A stretch of DNA of 64,000 bases from Faecousia sp. (lineage in GTDB: Bacteria; Bacillota; Clostridia; Oscillospirales; Oscillospiraceae): positions 2,797-66,796 of the forward strand of contig JAZOSD010000079.1 in NCBI GenBank assembly GCA_045656945.1, given 5' to 3'. Of this stretch, positions 27,211 through 36,300 are shown piece by piece. How positions within the stretch are numbered: position 1 is the stretch's first letter; the number at the start of each line of letters is the position of its first letter. The notes below the pieces were generated by a model that was not told the DNA's origin, searched no databases, and saw only the letters and a program-made list of their open reading frames with translations. Made by a program: the position numbers and the translations under genes.

Positions 27211-27900
27211 ATGGCATTATACGCGATCGGCGATCTTCACCTCTGTCTTGGGGCAGCAAAACCAATGGACATATTCGGTGGCGCCTGGGTTGGGTATATG
27301 GATAAATTAAAAGCCGGCATATCTATGATCGGTCCGGAAGATACTACTGTACTGCTTGGTGATCTTTCCTGGGCACTGGATCTTTCCGGTGCAAGAGAAG
27401 ATTTTTTATGGATCGATCAGATCCCGGGTCGCAAGATTATATTAAAAGGCAATCACGATTACTGGTGGAGTACAGCTTCTAAATTTTATGACTTTTGTAA
27501 GTTACAAGGGTTTTCTAACCAATTTATCTTGAATAATAATCATTATGAATATAATGGTTGGGCAATTTGCGGCACAAGAGGGTGGTTCTTTGAGGAGGAT
27601 CGCAGTGGCGCGCACGATGAAAAGGTTTTTCGCAGAGAACTGATGCGTTTGGAAACTTCATTATGTTCAGCTGGAGATTTGCCAAAACTGGTTTTTCTGC
27701 ATTATCCGCCCCGTTATAAAGGGTATGAATGTGAGGAAATCCTATCACTTTTCGCCAAATATGATGTAAGGCGATGCTTTTATGGTCATCTGCACGGAGC
27801 AAGCCACGGACTGGCAATGGAAGGCTTGTGGGACGGCGTTGATTATAAATTAGTATCTGCGGACAGGCTTAATTTTCAGCCGTTACAGATTATTTTATAA
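27211..27900 (+). CDS. Calcineurin-like metallophosphoesterase
   Basis: IGDLHL, LLGDLSW, KGNHDYWW, LHYPP, YGHLH. Confidence 0.9.
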   Translation: MALYAIGDLHLCLGAAKPMDIFGGAWVGYMDKLKAGISMIGPEDTTVLLGDLSWALDLSGAREDFLWIDQIPGRKIILKGNHDYWWSTASKFYDFCKLQGFSNQFILNNNHYEYNGWAICGTRGWFFEEDRSGAHDEKVFRRELMRLETSLCSAGDLPKLVFLHYPPRYKGYECEEILSLFAKYDVRRCFYGHLHGASHGLAMEGLWDGVDYKLVSADRLNFQPLQIIL

Positions 27901-28010
27901 ATTTTTAAGAAAAGTGTGGACATTTGCTATATTTTTTGTTAAAATAATTCGGATGTAATTTAGAATATTGAAAGACTGCCAAAGGCTGTCTGAAATTGGA
28001 GGAAATGAAA

Positions 28011-29315
28011 ATGAATGTAAAGAGCATCGAAAGAAACGGCAATCAGGCTACTATCGTCGTAGAGATCGACAAGGAATTGATGGAATCCGGTGTCCAGAAG
28101 GCTTATATGAAGGCACGGAAGAACATTATGATTCCTGGCTTCCGTAAGGGTAAGGCTCCCCGGAAAATGATCGAAGCTATGTACGGCGCACACGTTTTCT
28201 ATGAAGACGGTCTGGAAGAAATCTTCCCCGAGATCTATGATTTTGCTGTTATTAAGCAGGATGTGAAGGCAGTGGGCCGTCCCAGCCTGACTGATATGCA
28301 GATCAGCGATGACAACATTGTTACCCTGACTCTGTCTACCGATGTATATCCTGAGGTTACTCTGGGCGATTACAAGGGTCTGGAGATTGAGAAGGCAGAA
28401 GCTACTGTTTCTGACGAGCAGGTTCAGGCTGAGCTGGACCGTATGGCACAGAATGTGGCATCTACTGAGACTGTTGATCGCGCTGCTGAGGTGGGCGATA
28501 CTGCAAACATCGACTTTGAAGGCTTTGACAACGGTGTTCCCTTTAATGGTGGCAAGGGCGAAGCTTTCGATCTGAAGCTGGGCTCCGGTTCCTTCGTTCC
28601 CGGTTTTGAGGAGCAGGTTGTTGGTATGTCCGCAGGCGAGGAGAAGGACATTGACATCACTTTCCCTGAGGATTACCACGCTGAACTGGCTGGCAAGGCT
28701 GTTGTTTTCCATGTGAAGGTCAATAAGGTTACTGCTACCAACGTTCCTGCACAGGACGATGAATTTGCTAAGGATGTATCCGATTTTGAGACTTTGGAGG
28801 AGCTGAAGGCTGATATCCGTGCAAAGGCTCTGGAGAACGCACAGAAGCAGATCGACTCCGCTTTCGAGCAGGCTTGTGTTGACAAGGCTTCCGAGAATGC
28901 AACTGTTGAGATGCCCAATGGACTGATCGATCAGGAACTGGATAACCAGATGGAGCGTTTTGCTTATCAGCTGCAGATGAGCGGCTACTCTGTTGAGCAG
29001 TACGCAAAGATGATGGGCGGCGATCTGAACACTATGCGCAGTGCGTTCCGTCCCGCTGCTGAGAAGCAGGCTAAGGCAAATGTAACTCTGGCTAAGATTG
29101 TTGAGGTTGAGGGCATTTCTATCTCCGACGAAGACATTAATGCTGAGTATGAATCTATGGCAAAGCAGTATGAGCTTGAAGTTGAGAAGGTTAAGGAAAT
29201 GGTTCCTGCTGAGGAGATCAAGACTAGCCTTGAAACCCGTAAGGCTGTTGCTGTGATTGTTGATTCTGCAGTTGCCGTTGCCCCCAAGGCTGACAATTCT
29301 GATTCCAAGGAATAA
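28011..29315 (+). CDS. tig: Trigger factor
   Basis: IPGFRKGKAP, FKBP domain IDFEGF..G..F.GG, GSGSFVPGFEEQ, FPEDYHA..LAGK. Confidence 0.97.
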   Translation: MNVKSIERNGNQATIVVEIDKELMESGVQKAYMKARKNIMIPGFRKGKAPRKMIEAMYGAHVFYEDGLEEIFPEIYDFAVIKQDVKAVGRPSLTDMQISDDNIVTLTLSTDVYPEVTLGDYKGLEIEKAEATVSDEQVQAELDRMAQNVASTETVDRAAEVGDTANIDFEGFDNGVPFNGGKGEAFDLKLGSGSFVPGFEEQVVGMSAGEEKDIDITFPEDYHAELAGKAVVFHVKVNKVTATNVPAQDDEFAKDVSDFETLEELKADIRAKALENAQKQIDSAFEQACVDKASENATVEMPNGLIDQELDNQMERFAYQLQMSGYSVEQYAKMMGGDLNTMRSAFRPAAEKQAKANVTLAKIVEVEGISISDEDINAEYESMAKQYELEVEKVKEMVPAEEIKTSLETRKAVAVIVDSAVAVAPKADNSDSKE

Positions 29316-29366
29316 TTTTCCTTGTAAATGGTTAGAATGTTTCAAACCCTGAAAGGAGACATCACC

Positions 29367-29948
29367 ATGAGTTTTATCCCATATGTAGTTGAGCAGACCA
29401 GCCGCGGCGAACGCAGCTATGATATTTTCTCCCGTCTGCTCAATGACAGAATTATTTTCCTGTCCGAGGAAGTTAATGACACAACAGCAAGCCTGATCGT
29501 TGCACAGATGTTGTATCTGGAAGCGCAGGATCCGGATAAGGATATTCAATTTTATATCAATAGTCCCGGTGGCAGTGTTACTGCCGGTATGGCAATCTAT
29601 GATACTATGCAGTACATCAAGTGCGACGTAGCTACCATTTGTGTTGGCATGGCTGCATCTATGGGTGCATTCCTTCTGTCTTCCGGTGCGAAAGGTAAGC
29701 GTATGGCTCTGCCCAATGCAGAGATTATGATCCATCAGCCTTCTGCCGGTACGCAGGGACAGATCACCGATATGGCGATCCACTTGAAGCGCTTGGAGAG
29801 CATCAAAGAGCGTATGAATACGATTCTTGCCCAAAATACAGGCAAATCTGTTGATGTAGTTACAGATGCTTGCGAGCGGGATAACTTTATGACTTCCCAG
29901 GAAGCATTAGATTTCGGTCTTATTGACCGAGTTATTGAGCATCATTAA
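29367..29948 (+). CDS. clpP: ATP-dependent Clp protease proteolytic subunit
   Basis: [41 protein letters not shown]. Confidence 0.97.
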   Translation: MSFIPYVVEQTSRGERSYDIFSRLLNDRIIFLSEEVNDTTASLIVAQMLYLEAQDPDKDIQFYINSPGGSVTAGMAIYDTMQYIKCDVATICVGMAASMGAFLLSSGAKGKRMALPNAEIMIHQPSAGTQGQITDMAIHLKRLESIKERMNTILAQNTGKSVDVVTDACERDNFMTSQEALDFGLIDRVIEHH

Positions 29949-29978
29949 TTTAGAATCCTGAAAGGCGGTACCTGCATA

Positions 29979-31223
29979 ATGTCTAACAAAGACGAGCAGA
30001 TTTTGAGCTGTTCCTTTTGCGGAAAGCGGGAAACACAGGTTCGGTTGATTGCCGGTCCCGGTGTTTATATCTGCAATGAGTGTGTGCAGGCCTGCTGTGA
30101 TCTGCTTGAGGCAGACGAGGAAACGCACGATATGCCGGATCATCTGCCGGTTCCGGCGGAGATGAAGGCATATCTGGATAACTATATTGTAGGTCAGGAT
30201 GACGCAAAAATGGCGTTATCTGTTGCAGTATATAATCACTATAAGCGCATCTATCTTTCCGCACAGAGCGACGTGGAACTTCAGAAAAGCAACATTTTAC
30301 TAATTGGACCAACAGGTTCCGGAAAAACACTCTTTGCCCAGACACTGGCACGGATATTGGATGTTCCTTTTGCAATTGCAGATGCAACAACCTTAACTGA
30401 GGCCGGTTATGTTGGTGATGATGTTGAAAACATCCTTGTCCGGCTTTTACAGGCAGCGGATTTCGATGTTGAGCGTGCTGAGCGTGGTATTATCTATATT
30501 GATGAAATGGATAAAATTGCCCGTAAGAGCGAAAACACTTCCATAACCAGAGATGTATCCGGTGAGGGTGTTCAGCAGGCACTCTTAAAGATTCTCGAGG
30601 GAACTGTTTCCAATGTTCCTCCTCAGGGAGGGCGCAAGCATCCCCAGCAGGAGACCATCCCTGTTGACACCAGCAATATTCTGTTTATTTGTGGTGGTGC
30701 TTTTGACGGTTTGGATAAGATTATTGAAGCGAGAACAGATAAATCTGCAATCGGCTTTGATGCTCCTGTTGAAAGCAAGAAGAAGCGGGATATTGGAAAG
30801 CTTTTTGCACAGGTTCAACCTCACGACTTGTTGAAGTTTGGTATTATTCCGGAGCTTGTAGGCAGAATGCCTGTGATCACAAGCTTGCAGGATCTGAAGA
30901 AAGAGGATTTAATCAGAATTCTAACAGAGCCGAAGAATGCACTGACAAAACAGTATGAAGCATTGCTGGCAATGGATAATGTCTTGCTTGAATTTGATCC
31001 TGCTGCTCTGGAAACGATTGCCGAAAAAGCCATCGAACGCCAAATAGGTGCCCGTGGTCTGCGTGCAGTTATGGAAGAGATCATGCTGAAGATTATGTTT
31101 ATGATCCCCTCCGACCTGTCCATACAGAAGGTCGTCATTACACCTGAATGCGTCGCCGGTGGCGAAGCGAATATCATTCGGGATTCTAAAAAGCTTCGTC
31201 CCAAATTAGGCGCACAGCCGTAA
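29979..31223 (+). CDS. clpX: ClpX ATPase
   Basis: CSFCGK Zn finger, [37 protein letters not shown] loop, GARGLR. Confidence 0.97.
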   Translation: MSNKDEQILSCSFCGKRETQVRLIAGPGVYICNECVQACCDLLEADEETHDMPDHLPVPAEMKAYLDNYIVGQDDAKMALSVAVYNHYKRIYLSAQSDVELQKSNILLIGPTGSGKTLFAQTLARILDVPFAIADATTLTEAGYVGDDVENILVRLLQAADFDVERAERGIIYIDEMDKIARKSENTSITRDVSGEGVQQALLKILEGTVSNVPPQGGRKHPQQETIPVDTSNILFICGGAFDGLDKIIEARTDKSAIGFDAPVESKKKRDIGKLFAQVQPHDLLKFGIIPELVGRMPVITSLQDLKKEDLIRILTEPKNALTKQYEALLAMDNVLLEFDPAALETIAEKAIERQIGARGLRAVMEEIMLKIMFMIPSDLSIQKVVITPECVAGGEANIIRDSKKLRPKLGAQP

Positions 31224-31232
31224 TACCAATTG

Positions 31233-31262
31233 GAGGGGGTAGGCAACTACCCCCTTTTTTTA
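31233..31262 (+). terminator. Terminator after clpX
   Basis: GGGGGTAG-GCAA-CTACCCCC followed by T run. Confidence 0.75.
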
Positions 31263-31282
31263 TTCTCAGAAAGGAGAAAATT

Positions 31283-33685
31283 ATGAGCCAACAAGAAACA
31301 AAGGCACTTATGCCTGTTCTTGCGTTGCGCGGAATTGCCATATTTCCAGAGCAGACCATCCATTTTGATATTGGTCGCGTGAAATCCGCTATGGCAATCG
31401 AAGAAGCAATGAAGCACGATGGCATTCTATTCCTTGTTCCACAAAGAAATATTATGGATGATGATCCGGGTTTTTCAGACCTTTACACCATTGGCACTGT
31501 TGCAAAGGTCAAACAGGTTCTCAAATCTCAAGGCGACAATTTGCGTGTATTAGTAACTGGTTTGTATCGTGCAAAAATCACGGAATTGATTCGTTTTGAT
31601 CCGTTCTTGTCTGGAAATATCGAGGCCGTTTCAGAAACCGCAACGCCAAACGATTTGCGTGCCCGCGCACTTCGGCGGGATGCAAATGCTTTGTATTCTG
31701 CATATATTGATATTATTGAACACCCCCCGCAGGGTGTACAGCTAAAAATGCTGTCCTCTGACAGTTGTGGCTTTATTGCCGATTCTATTGCCCAGCATTC
31801 AGGTATTGACTATAATGAAAAGGCAAAATTACTTGCAATGCTTAATCCTGTTCGCAGATTGGAAACTGCATTGCGTTTGCTGCGTCAGGAAATGCAAATA
31901 CTGAAACTGGAAAATGATATCCACGAGCGCACGCGGGCGCATATGGATCAGGAACAGCGGGATTATTATTTGCGTGAGCAAATGAAAGCTATCCGCGAAG
32001 AGCTTGGAGAATGGGACGATGATTCCGAAATCAGCGAGTATGAGAAGAATATCTTACTGCTGAATCTTCCTGCGGATACTGAAAAGAAATTTCTTAAAGA
32101 TTTGGATCGTTTACGTAAGCAACCTTTTGGCTCTGCTGAAGCGTCTGTATTAAGAGGCTATTTGGATACAGTTCTGGAATTGCCCTGGAATACACATACA
32201 AAAGAGTGTGTAAATATACAGTCTGCCAGAAAAATCCTGGATGCTGACCATTTTGGTATGGATAAGGTAAAGGAACGTATCCTTGAAACGATCGCTGTTC
32301 GTCAGATTGCACCACAAATGCCACCACAAATTCTCTGTCTGGTAGGTCCTCCCGGTGTGGGTAAAACATCTATTGCTTATTCTATTGCTCGTTGTCTGAA
32401 CCGGAAAATGGCACGAATTTCCCTTGGTGGTGTTCACGATGAAGCAGATATTCGTGGACATCGAAAGACCTATGTAGGTGCAATGCCTGGTCGAATTCTG
32501 TCTGCAGTTATTCAAGCAGGCAGTTGCAATCCGGTTCTGCTGTTGGATGAAGTAGACAAGCTTGGAAAAGATCACCGTGGTGATCCCAGCGCTGCGCTTC
32601 TGGAGGTTTTGGATGCTGAGCAGAATAAAACATATCGTGATCATTATCTAGAAATTCCATTTGATTTAAGCGAAGTAATGTTTATCACAACTGCCAATAC
32701 AATCGACTCTATACCGCGGCCCCTTTTGGATCGTATGGAAGTAATCGAACTAGGCTCTTACACGGACGAAGAAAAAGTAATGATCGCAAAAGATCACCTG
32801 CTTCCAAAGCAACGGAAAAAGCACGGTCTGAAGGGTAATCAACTGCGTATCAGTGATGACGGATTCCGGGAGATCATTCGGTGCTACACTAGAGAATCCG
32901 GTGTCCGTAAGCTGGAGCAATGTATTGCTGAGATTTGTCGTAAGACTGACATCCGCCTTTTGGCTGATGAGAAACTAAAGCGCGTCAACATTAATGGCAG
33001 TAATTTGGAAGAGTATCTTGGCGTGCGTAAATATTTACCAGATCGTTTGCCCAATAGTGACTGCATTGGACTCGTTACCGGGCTTGCATGGACTTCTGTT
33101 GGCGGTGAAGTACTTGAAGTGGAAGTAAATGTGATGGACGGTTCCGGAAAACTGGAATTGACCGGCAACCTGGGCGATGTTATGAAAGAATCTGTGCAGG
33201 CAGCATTGAGTTATATCCGTGCGAATGCACATCAACTGGATGTTCCTGCTGATTTTTACAAGACGAAGGATATCCATGTTCATTTCCCCGAGGGTGCAGT
33301 GCCTAAGGACGGTCCTTCTGCGGGCATTACCGTATGTACTGCTATTGTTTCTGCGCTGACCTCCGTTTCTGTCCGCAGAGACGTTGCAATGACCGGCGAA
33401 ATATCTATTCGTGGTCGGGTTTTGCCTATCGGTGGATTGAGAGAAAAAACAATGGCAGCTTTGCGCCACGGCATACGTACTGTGATTATTCCTAAGGATA
33501 ATGAGCGTGATTTGGAGAAAATTGATCAGGCAGTGCGCAATTCTTTGAATTTTGTTACAGCGCAGTCTATTGATACGGTTCTTCGGACTGCACTAAATAC
33601 AAAGCCTGAACCAATGCCAACAATTCTTCAGGATATTCCTGAAGACATCAAGCAGAAATCCCACAAGACAGCAATCCGTCAGTGA
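31283..33685 (+). CDS. lon: Lon protease
   Basis: LCLVGPPGVGKTS, DEADIRGHRKTYVGAMPG, YTRESGVR, PKDGPSAG. Confidence 0.96.
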   Translation: MSQQETKALMPVLALRGIAIFPEQTIHFDIGRVKSAMAIEEAMKHDGILFLVPQRNIMDDDPGFSDLYTIGTVAKVKQVLKSQGDNLRVLVTGLYRAKITELIRFDPFLSGNIEAVSETATPNDLRARALRRDANALYSAYIDIIEHPPQGVQLKMLSSDSCGFIADSIAQHSGIDYNEKAKLLAMLNPVRRLETALRLLRQEMQILKLENDIHERTRAHMDQEQRDYYLREQMKAIREELGEWDDDSEISEYEKNILLLNLPADTEKKFLKDLDRLRKQPFGSAEASVLRGYLDTVLELPWNTHTKECVNIQSARKILDADHFGMDKVKERILETIAVRQIAPQMPPQILCLVGPPGVGKTSIAYSIARCLNRKMARISLGGVHDEADIRGHRKTYVGAMPGRILSAVIQAGSCNPVLLLDEVDKLGKDHRGDPSAALLEVLDAEQNKTYRDHYLEIPFDLSEVMFITTANTIDSIPRPLLDRMEVIELGSYTDEEKVMIAKDHLLPKQRKKHGLKGNQLRISDDGFREIIRCYTRESGVRKLEQCIAEICRKTDIRLLADEKLKRVNINGSNLEEYLGVRKYLPDRLPNSDCIGLVTGLAWTSVGGEVLEVEVNVMDGSGKLELTGNLGDVMKESVQAALSYIRANAHQLDVPADFYKTKDIHVHFPEGAVPKDGPSAGITVCTAIVSALTSVSVRRDVAMTGEISIRGRVLPIGGLREKTMAALRHGIRTVIIPKDNERDLEKIDQAVRNSLNFVTAQSIDTVLRTALNTKPEPMPTILQDIPEDIKQKSHKTAIRQ

Positions 33686-33693
33686 GGTGCTAT

Positions 33694-34278
33694 ATGAACC
33701 TTCATAATGTTGAATTTTTGATTTCAGCGGCTTCTACAAAAGATTTCCCGGGAAATCGACTCCCGGAAATTGCATTTGCCGGAAAGTCCAATGTGGGTAA
33801 ATCTTCGGTTATCAACCGCCTGCTACAGCGGAAAAACTTCGCCAGAGTGGGTGAGAAACCCGGTAAAACCATTCACGTTAATTACTTCACAATTGACAAG
33901 AAGTGTTACTTTGTGGATCTTCCCGGTTATGGCTATGCAAAAGTCTCCCAAAAGGAGAAGGATCGCTGGGCAAAGTTAATGGAAGATTACTTTGCTGCGG
34001 ATCGTATTGATCTGGGTGTTCTAATTGTAGATGCCCGTCATGCACCAACGAATAACGATATTACAATGGCACATTGGTTCTTAGAAAGTGAGTGTCCATT
34101 TGTAGTTGTTGCGAACAAGCTGGATAAGGTGAAAAAAAGTCAACTTGCCGGCAATATACAGACAATTCGTCAAGATTTGGAGCTTCCGGAAGAATGTCCT
34201 ATTATCCCATTTTCTGCTGAAAAAGGAAACGGCAGAGACGATCTGATTCGTTTGATTTTTGCAGCTGCAGGAGAATGA
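33694..34278 (+). CDS. engB: Ribosome biogenesis GTP-binding protein EngB/YsxC
   Basis: GKSNVGKSS, PGKT, DLPGYGYA, NKLDK. Confidence 0.95.
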   Translation: MNLHNVEFLISAASTKDFPGNRLPEIAFAGKSNVGKSSVINRLLQRKNFARVGEKPGKTIHVNYFTIDKKCYFVDLPGYGYAKVSQKEKDRWAKLMEDYFAADRIDLGVLIVDARHAPTNNDITMAHWFLESECPFVVVANKLDKVKKSQLAGNIQTIRQDLELPEECPIIPFSAEKGNGRDDLIRLIFAAAGE

Positions 34279-34285
34279 AAATAAC

Positions 34286-34321
34286 AAAAAATGGTGTCTC
34301 ATTTTGAGACACCATTTTTTT
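34286..34321. terminator. Bidirectional terminator
   Basis: AAAAATGGTGTCTCA / TGAGACACCATTTTT. Confidence 0.85.
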
Positions 34322-34574
34322 ACTGATCCGCGTTTAGTGCTTGTTTTAATGCTTGCGCAAGCTGATCCGGACAGGAGGTCTGCTTCATTCCACACTTTGT
34401 ACCTTCCAGCCGCTCAATTACAGTGTGTACATCCATTCCATCTACAAGGGAACCGATACCCTTTAAGTTGCCATTACACCCGCCCATAAACTGGACATTT
34501 TTTAGTTTGCCATCTTCAATCTCAAAAAAGATTGCCTGAGAACATGTTCCTTTTGTTCTGTATTGATACTGCAT
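34320..34574 (-). CDS. TIGR03905-like TSCPD-domain protein
   Basis: Y.TKGTCS, F.GGC.GNL.GI..L, CG.K.TSCPDQLA. Confidence 0.9.
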   Translation of the reverse strand: MQYQYRTKGTCSQAIFFEIEDGKLKNVQFMGGCNGNLKGIGSLVDGMDVHTVIERLEGTKCGMKQTSCPDQLAQALKQALNADQ

Positions 34575-34697
34575 ATGAAAATACCTTCCTTTTGATAATC
34601 GTTGTACTATTATACTTCAGAATCCAAATTACTGCAATAGCGAATTATTTCACACTGATAGGTTATTCTATCTAATAGTAAAATAGGAGGGAATGCT

Positions 34698-35387
34698 ATG
34701 AATAATAAGATTGATGCAGATCTGCAGCAACAAGATCGCGATCAAATAGTTGAACTGGGTGCTGATGTTACACGCAGTAGTAAAGGAAATATATACACAC
34801 TGACAATTATCGGTCAGGTGGAAGGTCATCAAGTTTTGCCAGAAACTGCAAAAACAACAAAATACGAGCATATTTTGCCCCTCTTGGCAGGTATTGAGGA
34901 GAGCGATGAAATTGACGGATTGTTATTGCTGCTCAATACAGTAGGTGGAGATATTGAAGCAGGTCTTGCAATTGCGGAAATGATTGCCGGAATGAAAAAG
35001 CCAACGGTTTCTCTTGTCCTGGGCGGAGGTCACTCCATTGGTATCCCTTTGGCTGTGTGCACGAAAAAGTCCTTCATTACACCAACCGCCAGTATGACAG
35101 TTCATCCGGTTCGTATGACCGGACTTGTGGTGGGTGCACCGCAAACATTTCGATATTTTCAAAGAATACAGGAGCAAATTGCCGACTTTGTTACAGCAAA
35201 TTCAGGGATATCTAAAAAGCAATTTGAAACCTTTATGATGGCAACAGGGGAGATGGCAACCGACGTAGGTACGATCCTCTATGGAAAAGAGGCTGTTGCT
35301 TCCGGATTGATCGACCGTCTGGGTGGTTTAAGTGATGCACTGAGTTCATTGCATAAAATGATTGAAAAGAAGAAAAAGACACAATAA
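34698..35387 (+). CDS. tepA: ClpP-like translocation-enhancing protein TepA
   Basis: LTIIGQVEGH, TTKYEHILP.L, LNTVGGDIEAGLAIAEM, GGGHSIG, TVHPVR; synteny with spoIIIE. Confidence 0.85.
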   Translation: MNNKIDADLQQQDRDQIVELGADVTRSSKGNIYTLTIIGQVEGHQVLPETAKTTKYEHILPLLAGIEESDEIDGLLLLLNTVGGDIEAGLAIAEMIAGMKKPTVSLVLGGGHSIGIPLAVCTKKSFITPTASMTVHPVRMTGLVVGAPQTFRYFQRIQEQIADFVTANSGISKKQFETFMMATGEMATDVGTILYGKEAVASGLIDRLGGLSDALSSLHKMIEKKKKTQ

Positions 35388-35467
35388 ATTTTCACTGGGG
35401 ACTGGAAATTCTACAAAAGATATGTTATTATAAATTGAAAAATTATTGGGAAGGAGATTGGCGGAAT

Positions 35468-36289
35468 ATGTCATTGTTTCAAAGTATTATTTATGGACTG
35501 ATTTCAGGACTGTCAGAGCTTCTGCCTGTCTCTTCCCAGGCTAATCAATCTATTCTAATGTGTCTTTTTGGCGTGGAGTCCAGAGAGCCTTTACGAGACC
35601 TTTTCGTACATGCAGCAATACTCCTCGCTGTGTTTACCGGATGCAAGGCTGTGATCGCACGAATTCACCGTGAGAGAAGTGTTACATCCCGTACCCGCCG
35701 CAGAAGAAATATAACGGATAGTACATACGAACTGCGATTAATACGCACTGCAACAATTCCTATGCTGATCGTTCTTCTTCTGTATATTTCAACCAGAAAA
35801 CTTGAAAGCAATATGACATCCATTGCTTTGTTTCTTTTAATCAACGGCATTCTACTGATCGTTCCGGAGCATTCCCGCCAAGCAAATAAAGATGCCCGTT
35901 CTATGTCAGGTCTTGATAGTATTTTAATGGGTATATTAGGCGGCTTGAGTGCATTCCCTGGAATTTCCAGAATTGGAACAATCAGTTCTTATGCACTTTT
36001 AAGAGGTGCCGATAAGCAGAAAGTTGTCAACTGGGCTTTTCTTTTGAGCATACCTGCATTATTACTTATGTGTTTACTTGATTTTGTATATATGTTCACT
36101 GCAGGTATCGGGAGTATATCTTTTTGGATCATATGTGGATATATACTATCTGCTCTATTCGCTTATATAGGTGCTTATTTAAGTATTATGTTCATTCGTT
36201 TTCTTACAGTGCGCACCGGTTATTCAGGCTTTGCCTATTATTGTTGGGGTGCAGCCTTATTTTCTATGATTCTATACTTAATTGTTTGA
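35468..36289 (+). CDS. uppP: Undecaprenyl-diphosphate phosphatase (BacA/UppP), somewhat divergent
   Basis: G...GLSELLPVSS.A, FPGISR.G motifs; polytopic membrane protein. Confidence 0.82.
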   Translation: MSLFQSIIYGLISGLSELLPVSSQANQSILMCLFGVESREPLRDLFVHAAILLAVFTGCKAVIARIHRERSVTSRTRRRRNITDSTYELRLIRTATIPMLIVLLLYISTRKLESNMTSIALFLLINGILLIVPEHSRQANKDARSMSGLDSILMGILGGLSAFPGISRIGTISSYALLRGADKQKVVNWAFLLSIPALLLMCLLDFVYMFTAGIGSISFWIICGYILSALFAYIGAYLSIMFIRFLTVRTGYSGFAYYCWGAALFSMILYLIV

Positions 36290-36300
36290 CGGAGGGAGCT

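Noticed and set aside
27960-29834. 624-aa minus-strand ORF opposite tig and clpP
   Set aside because: Antisense shadow of highly codon-biased genes; no motifs or RBS.
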